From assembly GCA_965112155.1 (NCBI GenBank), contig OZ218105.1: a stretch of DNA of 64,000 nucleotides. One strand, 5' to 3'. Below the pieces are notes generated by a model. It was not told the origin of the DNA. It worked only from the letters and a program-made list of their open reading frames with translations, and did not search any database. A program made the translations under genes and the position numbers. Source of the stretch: Podarcis liolepis (taxonomy: Eukaryota). Positions 37,901 through 50,776 of the stretch are shown one piece after another. Numbering within the stretch: the first letter of the stretch is position 1; each line of letters starts with the position of its first letter.

Positions 37901-38352
37901 TAAAATCAAATACATAAAAAAAACAAATATTTTTAAAGGTGTTCATCCAACAAAAGGTATTCATCCAAATAAAAAGGACAAATCCTACCCCACCCTACTC
38001 AAAGATGAACAGAACAAACAAACCATAATTCATACTGCACTGTGATCTAAGTTAAAACCTGGGCAAACAGGAATGTTTTAGGGTATGTTCATGTTACCAC
38101 ATAGTCTGCATCTAATGCACTCCCACTGATCATTTTTGAAGCTATAGTCACCTGAGTGTGTTAACCACAGTCCACATTGAGAAATACCACTGTTTGATGC
38201 ATATTTTCTCAAAGGAGATTCAGTCCAACTAGAAAACTTAAACTGCATTCACTTTGTACTTAAGAATAGTCTCAAAAAACATTTGAGACAGCCATCATGC
38301 ATGTGCAGATGAGTGTGCCTGCACAGGTGCCAACTTCATGAGTAGGAGTTTG

Positions 38353-40395
38353 ATTGTTTGATTGTTTGTTTTTATTAACTTTTCAATTTTACATCTCAAA
38401 ATAGACATCTTACATAATACCATACATTCAATGGCTTCCCTCCTTCCCTTTCCATGGTTCACTTAATTCATCTACCATTACTGCATATTGTACTATAACC
38501 ATTTTATTCAGTTCTTCTAACTTACATCACTCAAGTGTTTATTATCCTGTTGAATTTACCTTAATGCTGCCAGCATTTTCAACTGTGCACAATTATTTTC
38601 CATATACTCAGTAAAAGTTTTCCACTCTTCTTTAAATACATGTTCTTCTTGCTCTCTTATTCTATATGTTAGACCAGCTAGTTCCGAATATTCTATCATC
38701 CTAAATTGCCAATCCTCCTTACCTGGGACCTCCCTTACTTTCCATTTTTGAGCTACCAAAACTCAGGACATCGTTGCTGCATACATAAATAAGTTTTTCT
38801 GGCACCTGGGAACTTCTGCCTGAACTATTCCTAACAAAAATGCCTCTGGTCTTTTTGGGAAAGTTGTTTTTTTTAAAAAAATTATCTCATGAGAAATTAT
38901 TTCCCAATATTCTTTAAGCTTTTTACATATGAAAAAGTTCAATTTGTTTATTTACATTTTCAACACAAATCTGATTCTACTTTACACATCGTAGCCAGTC
39001 TACTCGGGGTTAAATACCATCTATGAATTATTTTCATGTAGCGTGTGTGTAGTATGCAGTAAATTTCAAATCATTCTTCCAAAGTTTCTCCCAAAGGTAA
39101 ATCTATGTTATGTTTTATGTTCTTTGCCCAGTGTGTCATTGAAGTTTTAGCCAGCTCATCCTTTGTTTCCCATTCCAATAATAATTTATACATTTTAGAC
39201 AGTAATTTATCCTTATTCTGTAAGGTCTGAAACCCCATTTTTCTTATTTAGTTTAAACATATGTAACTGGTGATACTGTAACCAATTCCTAACTTCCATT
39301 GGTTTCAGTCTGGGTTCACTCCCTAAAAGGTCCAGTAAGTCTCTATAGGTCGCCCACTGTCTATCCATATTAATTCTCTTAATTGTGATTGCTTCAGTAG
39401 AGGATAGCCATAGGAGTGTTTTTCTTTCCAACAAATGTTTGTATTTCTTCCAGACTCTATACAAATTTCTCCTAATAATGTGGTTCATATAACTCATAAA
39501 TTTTATCTTTCCCATACCAAAGACATGCATCCCAACCAAATTTTATGTTGTGGCATTTCCCAATACAACCCATTCCTTTAGCCAGCACAGACAAGCTGCC
39601 TCATAGTACAATTGCAGGTCTGGCAGGACAAAGCCTCCTCTTTCTTTTGTATCTATCCAGATTTTATGTTTAATTCCAGGCTTTTCCCCCTGCCAGACAA
39701 ATTTAGAGATATATTTTTTCCATTCTTTGAGGCAACTTAAATTATTAACCATTGGGATTGATTGGAATAAAAGCAACATCTTAGGAAGCACATTCATTTT
39801 AATGGCTGAAATTCTACCTAGTAGAGAAAGCTTCATCCTTCCCCATATTGCCAGCTTTTTAAAAATATCTTTCCACAGTTGAATATAATTAGCTTGAAAT
39901 AAATTGAGATTTCTCACCGTCAGCCAAATCACCAAGTATTTAACTTTCTTACCTATTTTTAAGCCACTCACCATTTCTAAAGCCTTTTTCAACTGCTCAT
40001 GTTTTTAACCAACATTTTGGTATTTTCTGTGTTTATTTTAAAACCTGCCACTTCTCCAAAGTTTTAATTTTTTTCTAGTTCCTTGGGGAGACTTACAATA
40101 GGTTGTTCCAAAGTTAACACCACATCATTCGCAAATGCTTTCATTTGACTTATTGCCATCTGCAGTTTCTACATTGATATGGGTGCATTTAAAGTTCTCA
40201 AGTTCTCAAGCTTTCTTTGGATGCTTTAGGTATGTTGCAGTCTTTAAATAAGATTCCTTTTTCTCAGGATCTTCCTTTTCACACTGATATAATGCTGTAT
40301 AAAATTTTACCAATGCTTTCCTTATCTCTTTTGGGCTTGTCAAATGTTTCTCCTCATCAATAATATTATTTATTATCTTATTTTTCCTTTCTTTT
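38353..40395 (-). mobile_element. 5'-truncated, degenerate L1-clade LINE (ORF2 remnants and 3' UTR) with 18-bp TSD
   Basis: Minus-strand peptides are typical of L1 ORF2: FYTALYQ, MKAFANDVVLTLEQP (FADD motif decayed), KVKYLVIWLT, KLSLLGRISAIKMNVLPKMLLLFQSIP, KERGGFVLPDLQLYYEAA. AATAAA and an A-rich tail lie at about 38353-38376. Flanks are TTCATGAGTAGGAGTTTG (38335-38352) and TTCATGAGTAGAAGTTTG (40396-40413). Confidence 0.92.
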
Positions 40396-40699
40396 TTCAT
40401 GAGTAGAAGTTTGGTGGGAAAGGGTTCTGCAATGGCAGTGAGACCAAAAACGTCATGTGTGTTGAGTGACGACACCCCCACCCCTTCTCTGATGTGAACA
40501 ACACTGTGAGAATGCAACTTGAAATGCAATGGAGAATGACCTTGCTCCGTTTTAAGCCTCTAATGTGAACATTGCCTGGCACCGAAAAACTAACAACATT
40601 AGTGCCATGCTTGTTTCGCTGGGTTGAAAATTCCAAAAACTGGGAACCACCACTGAAAAAGCTTGTTCCCTCATTGCCTCCCTCCACACCTTCCTTGAA

Positions 40700-41030
40700 A
40701 GAGGCACACAGGGAAGGGCCCGTTTGATTATTGAAGGGTCTTATGAAAAGGTCCTGAGGCCCACAATAGGTCAAACCCAGCACCTTGAATTTAGCCTGGA
40801 AATGATTTGGTAGCCATTTGGACCAGAATCAGTGTTATGTGGTACCAGTCAGCAATCAGGCCACTGAATTCTATACTAGGTACAGTTTCCAAACCACCTT
40901 GAAAGGCAGCCCTACATGTGCTGCGCTGTAGTAATCTAACCTAGAAGTGACTTGAGCATGAACGATAGAAGCTAGGTTATCCCCATCCAAATAGGGTTGC
41001 AGCTGGACCACTCCATGCCACAGAGACCAC
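40700..41030 (-). mobile_element. L2 ORF2 C-terminal fragment
   Basis: VVQLQPYLDGDNLASIVHAQVTSRLDYYSAAHVGLPFKVVWKLYLV (SRLDYCN motif), then ccaggctaaattcaaggtgctggg on the minus strand. Confidence 0.8.
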
Positions 41031-44000
41031 TTGTGCTTCCAGTGTCTGTAGTGGAGCCAGACCAGAACCCCATCCAGAATAGGTCCATGAAGCCATGCCA
41101 CCATTTCCTGAAGGCTGGTTACAGGTTTTCATTCCTTCCAACTGCTAAGGCAAGTTGCTAATCCTTAGAGATGCTGCATAGACAATTTATCTGGCCTCTT
41201 GGAGCTTAGACACTCCTTAGCTGGCCTTACTGCAAAAAGGACTCGAAGAGTTAGCTTTCACTGTGTCCACAGAATCATGAAACCCTGTGGAAATTGCAGC
41301 CTTGTGATAACGATCCAAATTTCCATGAAGCTGAACTCAAAAACAGCTTTGAAAATGTGTGTTCTTGGTTGGAGGAGTTGGAGGGAGGAGGGAAGAAGCA
41401 AGATCACGCATACCTGTACAGTATTATGCACTTACTATGCACTGTGTGGGAGAAGAGAATTTAAAGGCACGAGCTCAAATGTAGCAGCAGTGCCTTGGCC
41501 ACATTTGGGTTTCAAAACTGCAGAGGCAGAACATCTGCTCTCAGCTACACCCTTTGCTTGAGCTTGTGTGTGTGTTACTGGAAATCTCTAGAAAACTAGA
41601 TTGTGCATTAGTATAAAAAAACAAACAAACCCTGGGCACCTACAATCCTCTTGTCCTTCCTTCAACGTTCTGTTTTATGATATTGTAACAACAGCTATAA
41701 AAGTAACTCAAATAAGGTATTTTTTGTTTTGTTTTGCTTCAAACTAAGAGCTGCAGCACAACCTGTATCAGATTGAAGGATTTGCTGCTGGCTTTATGAC
41801 TTCAGAGTAAACTACGTATTTGTTCTAAGTAGCAAGCTCCGAGGAGAGGTTTAAAAGACTTTGCATTGTTCATAGAATCTCTCAAGCATACTGAGGGTGG
41901 AATTCCATCTGTTCAATCCAGTTCAGTTCAGTGAACTGGTTCAGTTTCAGTGGTTCATTGGGCTGTGACACTTTGCAGAAATTAGGCTAAATTAGAAAAA
42001 AAGGCTTTACATTATCTTTTAAGAGGCTGCATGGCAAGATAACTCAAAAGTGCCATTGCCTCAGTTCCCCCACCCACCTGCCTGTATGGTAAAGACAATT
42101 TAACATGTGCCATTAAGGACATGTTAGACATGCCCATTTGTCCGCTGCCTTAAACCTCGATCCTTAAACATGTTTTGTGGAGCAACGTCCCATTGAAATG
42201 AATAGGATACACTTCAATGTAATATGTTTAAAAGTGAGGTGTTAAGTTTGAGATTTCTCTCGCACACAAGCACACAGTGCAAGCAGCTCTCAACCTGCAC
42301 ACCCCTGACTCGCTTCTCCACACAGGATGAGAGATTTAGCAGCAAAACAACCCTTTTGGCAACTTGAATAGGAAGTACGCTGTCTAGCTGATTGACTAGA
42401 ATTCCACTTTGTTTGACTGAATGCCTTTTTTAATCAAGCAAGTCAGAGTAATCCAAATTATTTGCCTAACACAGCACTTAAAAAAAAAGAACCAAAAGCC
42501 AAATGTGAGAAGTACATATTTTCTAATTAAAAACATTATATTGTAACAATTCAGTCCTAGACATATTTGCATGAATGTAGGTCCTGTTAACAATGAGGAT
42601 TGTTATATGCATGGGAATTAGTAAAATACAATAATTTTAGCCCTTTATTGTTTAAACCAGAGTCCCACAAGAGTTTTACAGTTGGTGGTGTACACCTGTA
42701 TTGGGGAGATTTAATAGATTATGCACACCTTTACTGTGAGAGCTGCTCCATGGTTCTCATCATTTTCTGGCTCACATGAGCAGGATTTAAAATGCAGAAA
42801 TGAGAACTGTAACAGTAAAGCATCAGCAGCTATCACTGGGTCGTGTTTTATTTATGAAATCAACTATTTTGTCAACCTATTTTGGCCCATGGGCATACTG
42901 GGATTTCTGAATGAGTGCTTGGGCACCACCACATCTGTTCACTTCTCCCCCTCCTTCATTGGATGATGCTTCCTACTCCTTGAGACAGAAAGAGAAAAAG
43001 CATACCCACAGAGACCACTTTTCCAATGGGGCTGGGTGAAAGCCGTTTACAGTACAATTAATCTGAGATTTGGAAAGGGCATAGAATTTAAAGAGGAAGT
43101 GGGAAAGAGTGCCACTCCTCCAACTTCCTCCTTCAGCAAGAGAAAAGGCAACCACGCTTATCACCTCAAGACCAAGGGCACAATGGGGTAGGCTCATAAG
43201 CTTTGTGGACACCAGGGAAAGCTGTCAACTGCAGCACTTTGCCTACAGGTGCTGTTTAGCAACCCCTGAATTAGACAGTACAGCTTCAAGCAGGAAATGA
43301 ACATCTGATTCCAAGTGGCCATTGCATGGAAGGAAGGAGAGCAGCAGCGTACATTCCTGTTCTGCGGGTCCAGGTTTTTCTTGGTTGGGGGTGGCGGACA
43401 AGCGGTTGACACCCAGCACAGTCCTTATCATCCCCTTTGGCTGAATTGCTTTTCCACTCTGAACTTTCAATATAAAGTTTCACCAAAGAGATACCTAGGG
43501 TTAGAGCAGCACCCTGCATTCACAGAACCTTATGGCCAGTGGTTCTTTTCAGCTGGTAAACAAAGTTCAAGCTGTGTGTGACACTAGAATTAATATCTCT
43601 GTGGGCAGGACTGGGCAAACTATTGTTTTATAGAAAGCTCTTCACAGTTTGATTGGAGGCCAGAAATAATTACAGCTGTAAGAACAGAGGAAGTCCTATG
43701 AGTATTTGTATTTGAACCAAATCCTTTGTTCCTTTTTAAGGAGAAACAAAAATTATATCCCTGCATTTTAGCATCTCTTGGTGCATCCTTCTCCATTCAT
43801 CCAGGGTGATTTTTATGTCTTTTTATTTTTCTCAGCCTGCACTTGCTGCTAAATCCTTTCAGATGATAGTTGTTCTTGTGTTTCAAGGCAAGTGGCCACA
43901 GGACTTGTCCTTTGTTTCAGCTGTTTCTGCTTTTCTTCCTGCTGCTTCTTTCTTCCCTATTTTTCAGTAATTTGTCATCTCAACTTTTCCTCAACTTTTT

Positions 44001-44420
44001 CATACCTACTTGAAATGTTATGTGTCCCCCATTATTTTCCACCGAAGCCTCTTAATGCCTAAGTGAAAGTTTCAAATTAATTCCCAGTCTAGAACATTAT
44101 GATTACAAATTAAATTTATTAGCAGAGATCTCTGTCTCTCCTTGGATTTTGTTGTCTTCAAACGCAGTAGAATGCTAACCATAGTCCTACTCCACTCTTC
44201 TCAAACATGGTGCCCTACAAATGCTGTTGGACAAAAGACATGGGATAGAACAGAATAACCCTTTGTATTTTGCACATCTCCAAAAAAAATTGGTACAGTT
44301 ATTGGCTAAAAAAAAAAATAGACACACGTTTTAGAAATGCATATTTCAGGATAAAATACATTTAGAAAATGCACACATTAAGAAGTAATGTTTTAAAAAT
44401 ATTATCAGTTGATAAAAGAT

Positions 44421-44568
44421 GAGATAGCTCAGTTGGTAGAACATGAAACTCTTAACCTTCAGGTCATGGGTTCAAACATCATGTTGGGCAAAAGATTCCT
44501 GCATTGCAGAGGATTGGACTAGATACCTTTCATGATACCTTCCAGTGCTACAATTCTATGATTCTATG
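44421..44568 (+). mobile_element. tRNA-Lys(CTT)-derived SINE with CR1-type 3' tail
   Basis: gatagctcagttggtagaacatgaaactcttaa...ggtcatgggttcaaa...gttgggc is a decayed tRNA-Lys, followed by cctgcattgcagaggattggactagat...attctatgattctatga (CR1 octamer tail). Confidence 0.85.
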
Positions 44569-45339
44569 AAGTGTATACTTAAATATGAATGTTCCACAAA
44601 TTAATGTGGCAATAATTGTATACATGTGTGTAGGTGAAGAAGCTATTGTGAACTGGAAGTTTGTTCTTCCCCTGCCCACTTCTTTTTGCCATCATATGCT
44701 ATAAATTTATAGTTACTAAGATGTTATTTATAGCTCCTAGTTACTGTGCCTTAAGTTTACCGTTGTGGTAGCAGAGCAGGTTTTAGAATTTAGGGTGGGT
44801 TAGCTAAACAGAAAAGACAACAACCAACCATTACCCATCAATACAGGTAGCTTTTGGACAAATGGCCTTGGATATTATGCTGCCTGAGGCAAATGACAGC
44901 ATAGGACCTCTCCCATTCCCTGTAGAAAAGGCAAGCTGACTAACAGTTGTGTCTTACTTCAACACTGTATATTGGTGGGTCATTGTGCTCAGCTTCATCT
45001 GAGGGCAGCAGGCTAGTCTGAGGCAAGCTATGTGGCACACAGTGCTCTGGCCTCCAACACCACCCCACTGGTCCCCACCCTTCAGCCTTTTTTGTGGACA
45101 CCTTGCTCTGCTTTAGTGGTAGGACTGTCCCTGTCTTCAGTGTTTCTCCAATCAATGATAAATCAAGTTTAGTGCTGGGAAGCTCATCGGAGTTGTCTCT
45201 TGCCCTAAATTTCTGCATATTGCTGCCACACTGGGGATTCTCGAAGCTGAAGCTGAATGAATAAAACCTCTTGACAGGAAGGTGGGTTTTCACTTTCCAC
45301 TGGCTGCAATAACTGCAGACTCTCCTATTTTTCCCACAA

Positions 45340-45830
45340 CTTCAAATCTTTTAACAAGTATCGTTGTAAAAACACAAATTGTTGTCAAGAGCTGTGAATA
45401 AATATCGAGGCAGAGCAAGACATCATCTCATGTTTTGGGTTATTCCAGAGATGGTGAGTTTTGATCCAAGATTACACACCAGTTTTAGGAATTGTTCCAA
45501 AAGTATATCCCCCAAGCCCTGATTAGTTTGGGATGTTGGGATAATGTCCTGTGGGACCAGAATTGATTATAATTGTTTGTAACAGCTGCCAATAACTGCA
45601 ATTCTACATGACGGTTACAAAAGTAATCTCTCTCATGGGAAGATGGTTTACAAAATGAAAATAATTTACAGAAAGAGAAAGGATTATTGCCATAATAAAA
45701 CTGATCACTAAATTATGACAGAGTTGCTACAAACTCCTTACGCAAATAATAACAGTATATGGGAAGGTATGCAAAAATAAACATTCCCTCCAGTCAAGGA
45801 TTATAGGAACTCCATAAATTATAAGTCAAA
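45340..45830 (+). mobile_element. Highly degenerate L1 ORF2 C-terminal fragment
   Basis: Frameshifted remnants resemble the H-x-FW zinc-knuckle region and the downstream TAA...W...W pattern, in A-rich sequence. Boundaries are approximate. Confidence 0.4.
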
Positions 45831-48800
45831 CAATTTGCTATATTTTTTTCTCAGTACAGTACACTATCCAGTGAAAGACATTATACAAAGTTGGATCATT
45901 GGTCTATCTTGCTCTGTATGATCTGCACTGACTGGCAGCTGCCCTCCAGAATTTCATGAAAAACTCTGGCATGAAAAACTTGCACTGTACTACTAACTAC
46001 AGCAACGTCCCTTGGAGCCAAAGAATTTGGATTTAAGTGAATTTAGTACTGCTGTGCCATCAAGCTTTCTTTGCAAAGACCATTAGCAAACTGTGTGTGT
46101 GGAGCACAGCATATCTCTCTCTTTATCTAAGATACTCCTGGCATGTTTTGAAGTACAGCCTCAACATAGCTATCCCAATTGATGCCACACACCACCATCA
46201 TCAGACCACATGACTCCTCTCATCCACACCAGGAGGTTTCTAAATAGGCACATTGGCCAGGAGCCAAAGTTCCATGAAACTTACTCCATGAGCCGAAATG
46301 CTTTAGACTTACTTTTGTCAAGTAGCAGCAGCCCACCACTTTTGAAATGCAGAGGTGTTTCAAAAGCAGTTTGTGATCTAGAACAGGGACCAGCAGCTCA
46401 AAGGACAAAATAAATAAACAAATCCCAATCTACCACAAGCCCTTTGCATGAGCCTAAGCAACTAATAAGATCCTGGACACAGACAACTGAATTCCATTGC
46501 ACTTTTGGACAGAGTGACAGTCAGTGGTTGTGCATTCCACACATTCTGTGGATCTCTGTGTGAGAGGGGAGTATTGTATCTGGCACAAAATTTGATATCG
46601 TAACAACAAAAAAAGTATCACAGGTTTTCATTTTTCATGCCAAGTAACAGAACTTTGGAGAGGGGGTTAAAGAAGCATGCGTATCTGCATAAGATACATA
46701 AACTTTTAGAGTGGTACTCAACTAAGTCTTACTCAGAGTAATGTGAGTGAGATGACTGTCAATGCAGGGGTAGCTTGAAAAATATTTTACCTGCCCATTG
46801 ATGTTGGAGCAGGGGCTTCTTTTAAGAGATCTGGGGGTGGTGTAAAATTCTGCCATTGATAGGGGTGTAGCTGTGAATTGAAGGAGCATCACTGCATACA
46901 TTGTCAATGGGTTCCACCCCTGCACCACCCACATTCTGCCCACTTCACTGTGTTTCAGCCATTCCACCAGTGTCTACTTTGTGGTGGCAGCACATCTTGT
47001 ATTGCACCAGGATAGTAGGACTTCCACTAAATCCTAAGGCCCCTCAGCGAGCAGATCTGAATATAGGATTGCACCCTACAAGACTGCTAATGACTCTAGT
47101 CAAATAGAGGCAGTCTCAAAAATCTTCACAGTAAGAAAGCCATCATTCACTCATATTCCATACAAAACTATAAGGGGAAAAGAAAGGTTTGTATTTTAAG
47201 GTTTGCATTGCTCTTTTTAGCTAAATGGCAGTGCGCCTGGAAAAAAGGCATGCTAACCAGATATCTTTGAGTGTGGCAAGATAATTCATTAAATTTATTT
47301 AGCATAAAAATGAATAAGGATCTGATTACAGTAATAAGCCTAAGAGATGATTAATAGCTAAAGTGTGCTGCTGCCATTTTATTTCCTATCTCCTGCTCTG
47401 ACTCCTCTTTAACACTCAGGTAAGTGTCAAAAACGGACCTAGCTATTATGGATGACAAGGGGTAAATGCCTTCATGTTGTCCTCCAAAGGTTAAAGTTTA
47501 CCAGCCTCAGTTGGAAGCCACAATCTCCAATAACCATTAATCCACTAAACTCCAGTAGGAGTGAACATATTTATTGCTGCAGTCACTAAAGGGTGAAATA
47601 AAGATTAGTTTTTAGTTAGGAACGCAAAGCTTTTTAGATCAATACAGACCCACTGCTGGAATCAATCTAAACTTTGGAGATTTTTAGGTAAAGATTTACA
47701 GGGCTCTCTTTTGCACAGTTAATATTCCAAAACTCGGGGGTGGGGGGAGTTGTCTGTGCTACATTACATAGTAATCAAATTGAGTAAACACTAGTCACTT
47801 CATAAACTGACCTCGGCTGTGCACATAGCAAATGAGTGTACAGTGATAAAAACACCCATAATGTGGATTGTAAATTTGCCAATAAACAGGTAAAGCCAAA
47901 ATGCATACATAGGCTAACATGATAAAATGTTAGAAGTTACATTTGTCTATTTGAAAACATAAATAATCAATAGACATTAATAATGAAATTGTTGTTGCAT
48001 TTCTTTATTACTGTGCATATTAAGCGTCTCAATTATTTCTACTTAGTTTGATAGATAAATGTATACACTCATTTTATGCAAGCCTTTGAAGAGGATATAG
48101 AATTGCTTTTCAAAACAGAAGCTACTCTTCAGATGAAAGAGCAAGTGGACTGGAAATACACAGCTTGTTATACCCCTCTGCTGTTCATGTTTGATGCATG
48201 TATACAATTTATTATGCAATTTCGTCAGATTTGACAAAGTAATTGCCTGGCAAGCCACACAAAAGGTCTGAAGGTGGAGTAGAAAACGACTTAATAGATC
48301 AGTGTCTATAAATGATATTAATAGGCATTATATATGTGTGGTAGACACCTAAATTGTTTTCTGCATTGTCACATGATTATATTATGACATTCCATGTATT
48401 AAATTCATTTTCATCAACACGGCCAAGACAAAAGTATTCTGGTATAGTGAGCTGTAACTTCTCAAAATCACGAGTCATTCCTATAACCTAATATTTAATA
48501 CCTCTCACAGGATCATGTGTGTTTTAATGCACTTGAGAGAGAAAGAACAACAAATTTTAACTGGATAGTAGGCAGTACCTTTCACTCTCTTTATCGTATC
48601 CTTACATTACAGATAGCAACCTACACTTTACAACTTATATAAAGTGGGATATGGTAACTATTTCTTCTAAATCAGCATTTCCCAACTAGTGGGCCATGAC
48701 CTGCAGTGGGTTGTGAAATCTTTGCAGGTAAGTCTTGGGCTTTAAAAGCAAACTCAAAATAATTATTGTTTGTAATCCTTAACTGGTACAATGAACGCCT

Positions 48801-48997
48801 TGCACATTTTTGTTTTTTGTTTGTTTTTGGTAAGTTATAGTGCTCTGTTGACCCTTGTAACTGAATGTCAGAAAGGCTTGAGTCTTGCATTTTAGCACTT
48901 GGGAACTAATCCCTGTTGGCTGGTGGCAGATAAGACATAAGGTCCAAAATTCAGGTGACCATAAATTTATGGGTCACCATAAATTTGGACTTGTTGG

Positions 48998-49056
48998 TAA
49001 TGATGATGATGATGATAGTAGTAGTGGTGGTGGTGGTGGTAATAATAATAATAATA
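48998..49056. repeat. Compound trinucleotide microsatellite (GAT)n(AGT)n(GGT)n(AAT)n
   Basis: Seen directly in sequence. Confidence 0.9.
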
Positions 49057-49647
49057 TCTATATCACAGACCCTCTTGTTATTGCTGGACCCCAGGTCCCA
49101 TCAGTCTGATTCAGCATGGGCAATGGTCAGGGATGATGCAGAGTTCAGTAACATTTTGCTACAGGTATCCCATCCTTATGCTAAATGGCAATGATTAAAC
49201 TTAACATACCTCTTATATCACATCAACACAACCAATGGAAAGAGAAGCACTCTTATCTTTCTATCTATGGTCCCAGAGTATGTTCTGAAGTCATATTTTA
49301 ATGTATGTGTTATTTATTTGTGGCTGTAAATCACTCTGAGTTATATTTGTAAGTAAAAAAGACTAGTAAGTAGTAGTGGTGGTGGTATTAACAATAATAG
49401 AGTGCAATAGCAACATTGCTGAAGCTAACTAAGCCTATGTCTAGTCAGTTCCTGGAAATCCTGTGTATGTCTCCTTAAAGTTTCATGATGGAAGAACATA
49501 AGATATAAGATTTAAATAAATTAAAATGAAATAAATGCATATTTTCATTGTGCATTTATTATGTAACAGCAGAAATCCAACATTTTTTATTATTTCAGAT
49601 ATATTTTGCACATTCATATACCTAAATTACAGCCATTTTAAAAAGAA

Positions 49648-49708
49648 AGGAAGGAAGGAAGGAAGGAAGGAAGGAAGGAAGGAAGGAAGGAAGGAAGGAA
49701 GGAAGGAA
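49648..49708. repeat. (GGAA)n microsatellite, about 15 units
   Basis: Seen directly in sequence. Confidence 0.95.
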
Positions 49709-50482
49709 TTTCACAGCAGATGGATCTTGTTTTCTACACCCTGTCCTTTTGTTATATTATCAGCATAAGGTTCATCAATGGGTCAAATTTACTGGTGGTG
49801 AATTAATCCACCTCCCACAAAGATTGCTTCTATCCCTTATATTCCATTACAAAATGCATACAAACCACCCATTTCTGCTTACATCTGCCCTGCATGGTTA
49901 ATATATGTGGACTTTGTCCCAGTGTCAGTCCTCAGTTCTTTAACATGCTTAATTTAATGTTGAATTTTAGCAACAAGATGGTATTAGAGGCTGAAAGATG
50001 TGATGTGCTTAAGAAAACTACCAAATTAATAATACTGTGCCTTAATGCTGACTTTTCTTAATCATAGCAGTTAGCAATCCTGAAGATTGACATTCTTCAT
50101 TACTCTTTTAGAAGGACGTAATCAAGATGAAGATATTAACCATGATCCCCTCACCTCCATTATAAGCCATGTAAACATCATGGTGGAAACATTTTTATTA
50201 TACTTATTTTAGACCAAGGAACTTATTGCCACAGGGTATCACCAAGCCATGAAAGTTTAAAACAGGTCTGCAGAAATTGAGACCCGGCAATCCAACCACA
50301 GTCTAACAACCATGGTCTTTTAGACACTTGACATACCCTGTTTTTGCAGTACCACAAAAGCAGCAAAAACAGGCTTTTGGAGCCCCTGGTAAGCTACGAT
50401 AGCTGATCCTTGTTCTGTGTTTCAATTGATGAATTAAAATTTGTTTTAAATTAATATACCCTCTCCATAAATGGCAGTGATA

Positions 50483-50776
50483 CTTGTTGCCTTGACGGTG
50501 GTTGTGCAATGTGGCCCTGCCTTCACCACCTCACTGTAACAGGCCTTACCCTCAAGTGGGAATTTGGTGTGGTGTTTTGCAACATTTCGGTCTGACATCT
50601 TGATTCAAAATTGCATCTGATGGTGTCCAAATGTGGGTGAAAACTGTCTCTACCTCGAGAACAATCATGTCAGATTGGGGAACAATATCTCTAGAAGCAT
50701 TTGAAAGCAAAGAGAACGGACAGACAGACAGATAGACAGACAGACAGACAAACCATTTTCCAAAATATATAGTGGA
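50483..50776 (-). mobile_element. Probable non-autonomous Helitron with (CTGT)n microsatellite
   Basis: The minus strand begins A|TCCACTATATATTTTGG, continues through (CTGT)n at 50718-50750, and ends CAAG|T (decayed CTRR). It sits between A and T with no TSD. Confidence 0.55.

Noticed and set aside
39213-39992. Functional reverse transcriptase or retron-like gene
   Set aside because: Fragmented L1 ORF2 with stops, frameshifts, a FADD-to-FAND change and a large deletion.
44421-44488. tRNA-Lys gene
   Set aside because: Stems are mutated and the sequence is fused to a CR1-type tail, so it is a SINE head.
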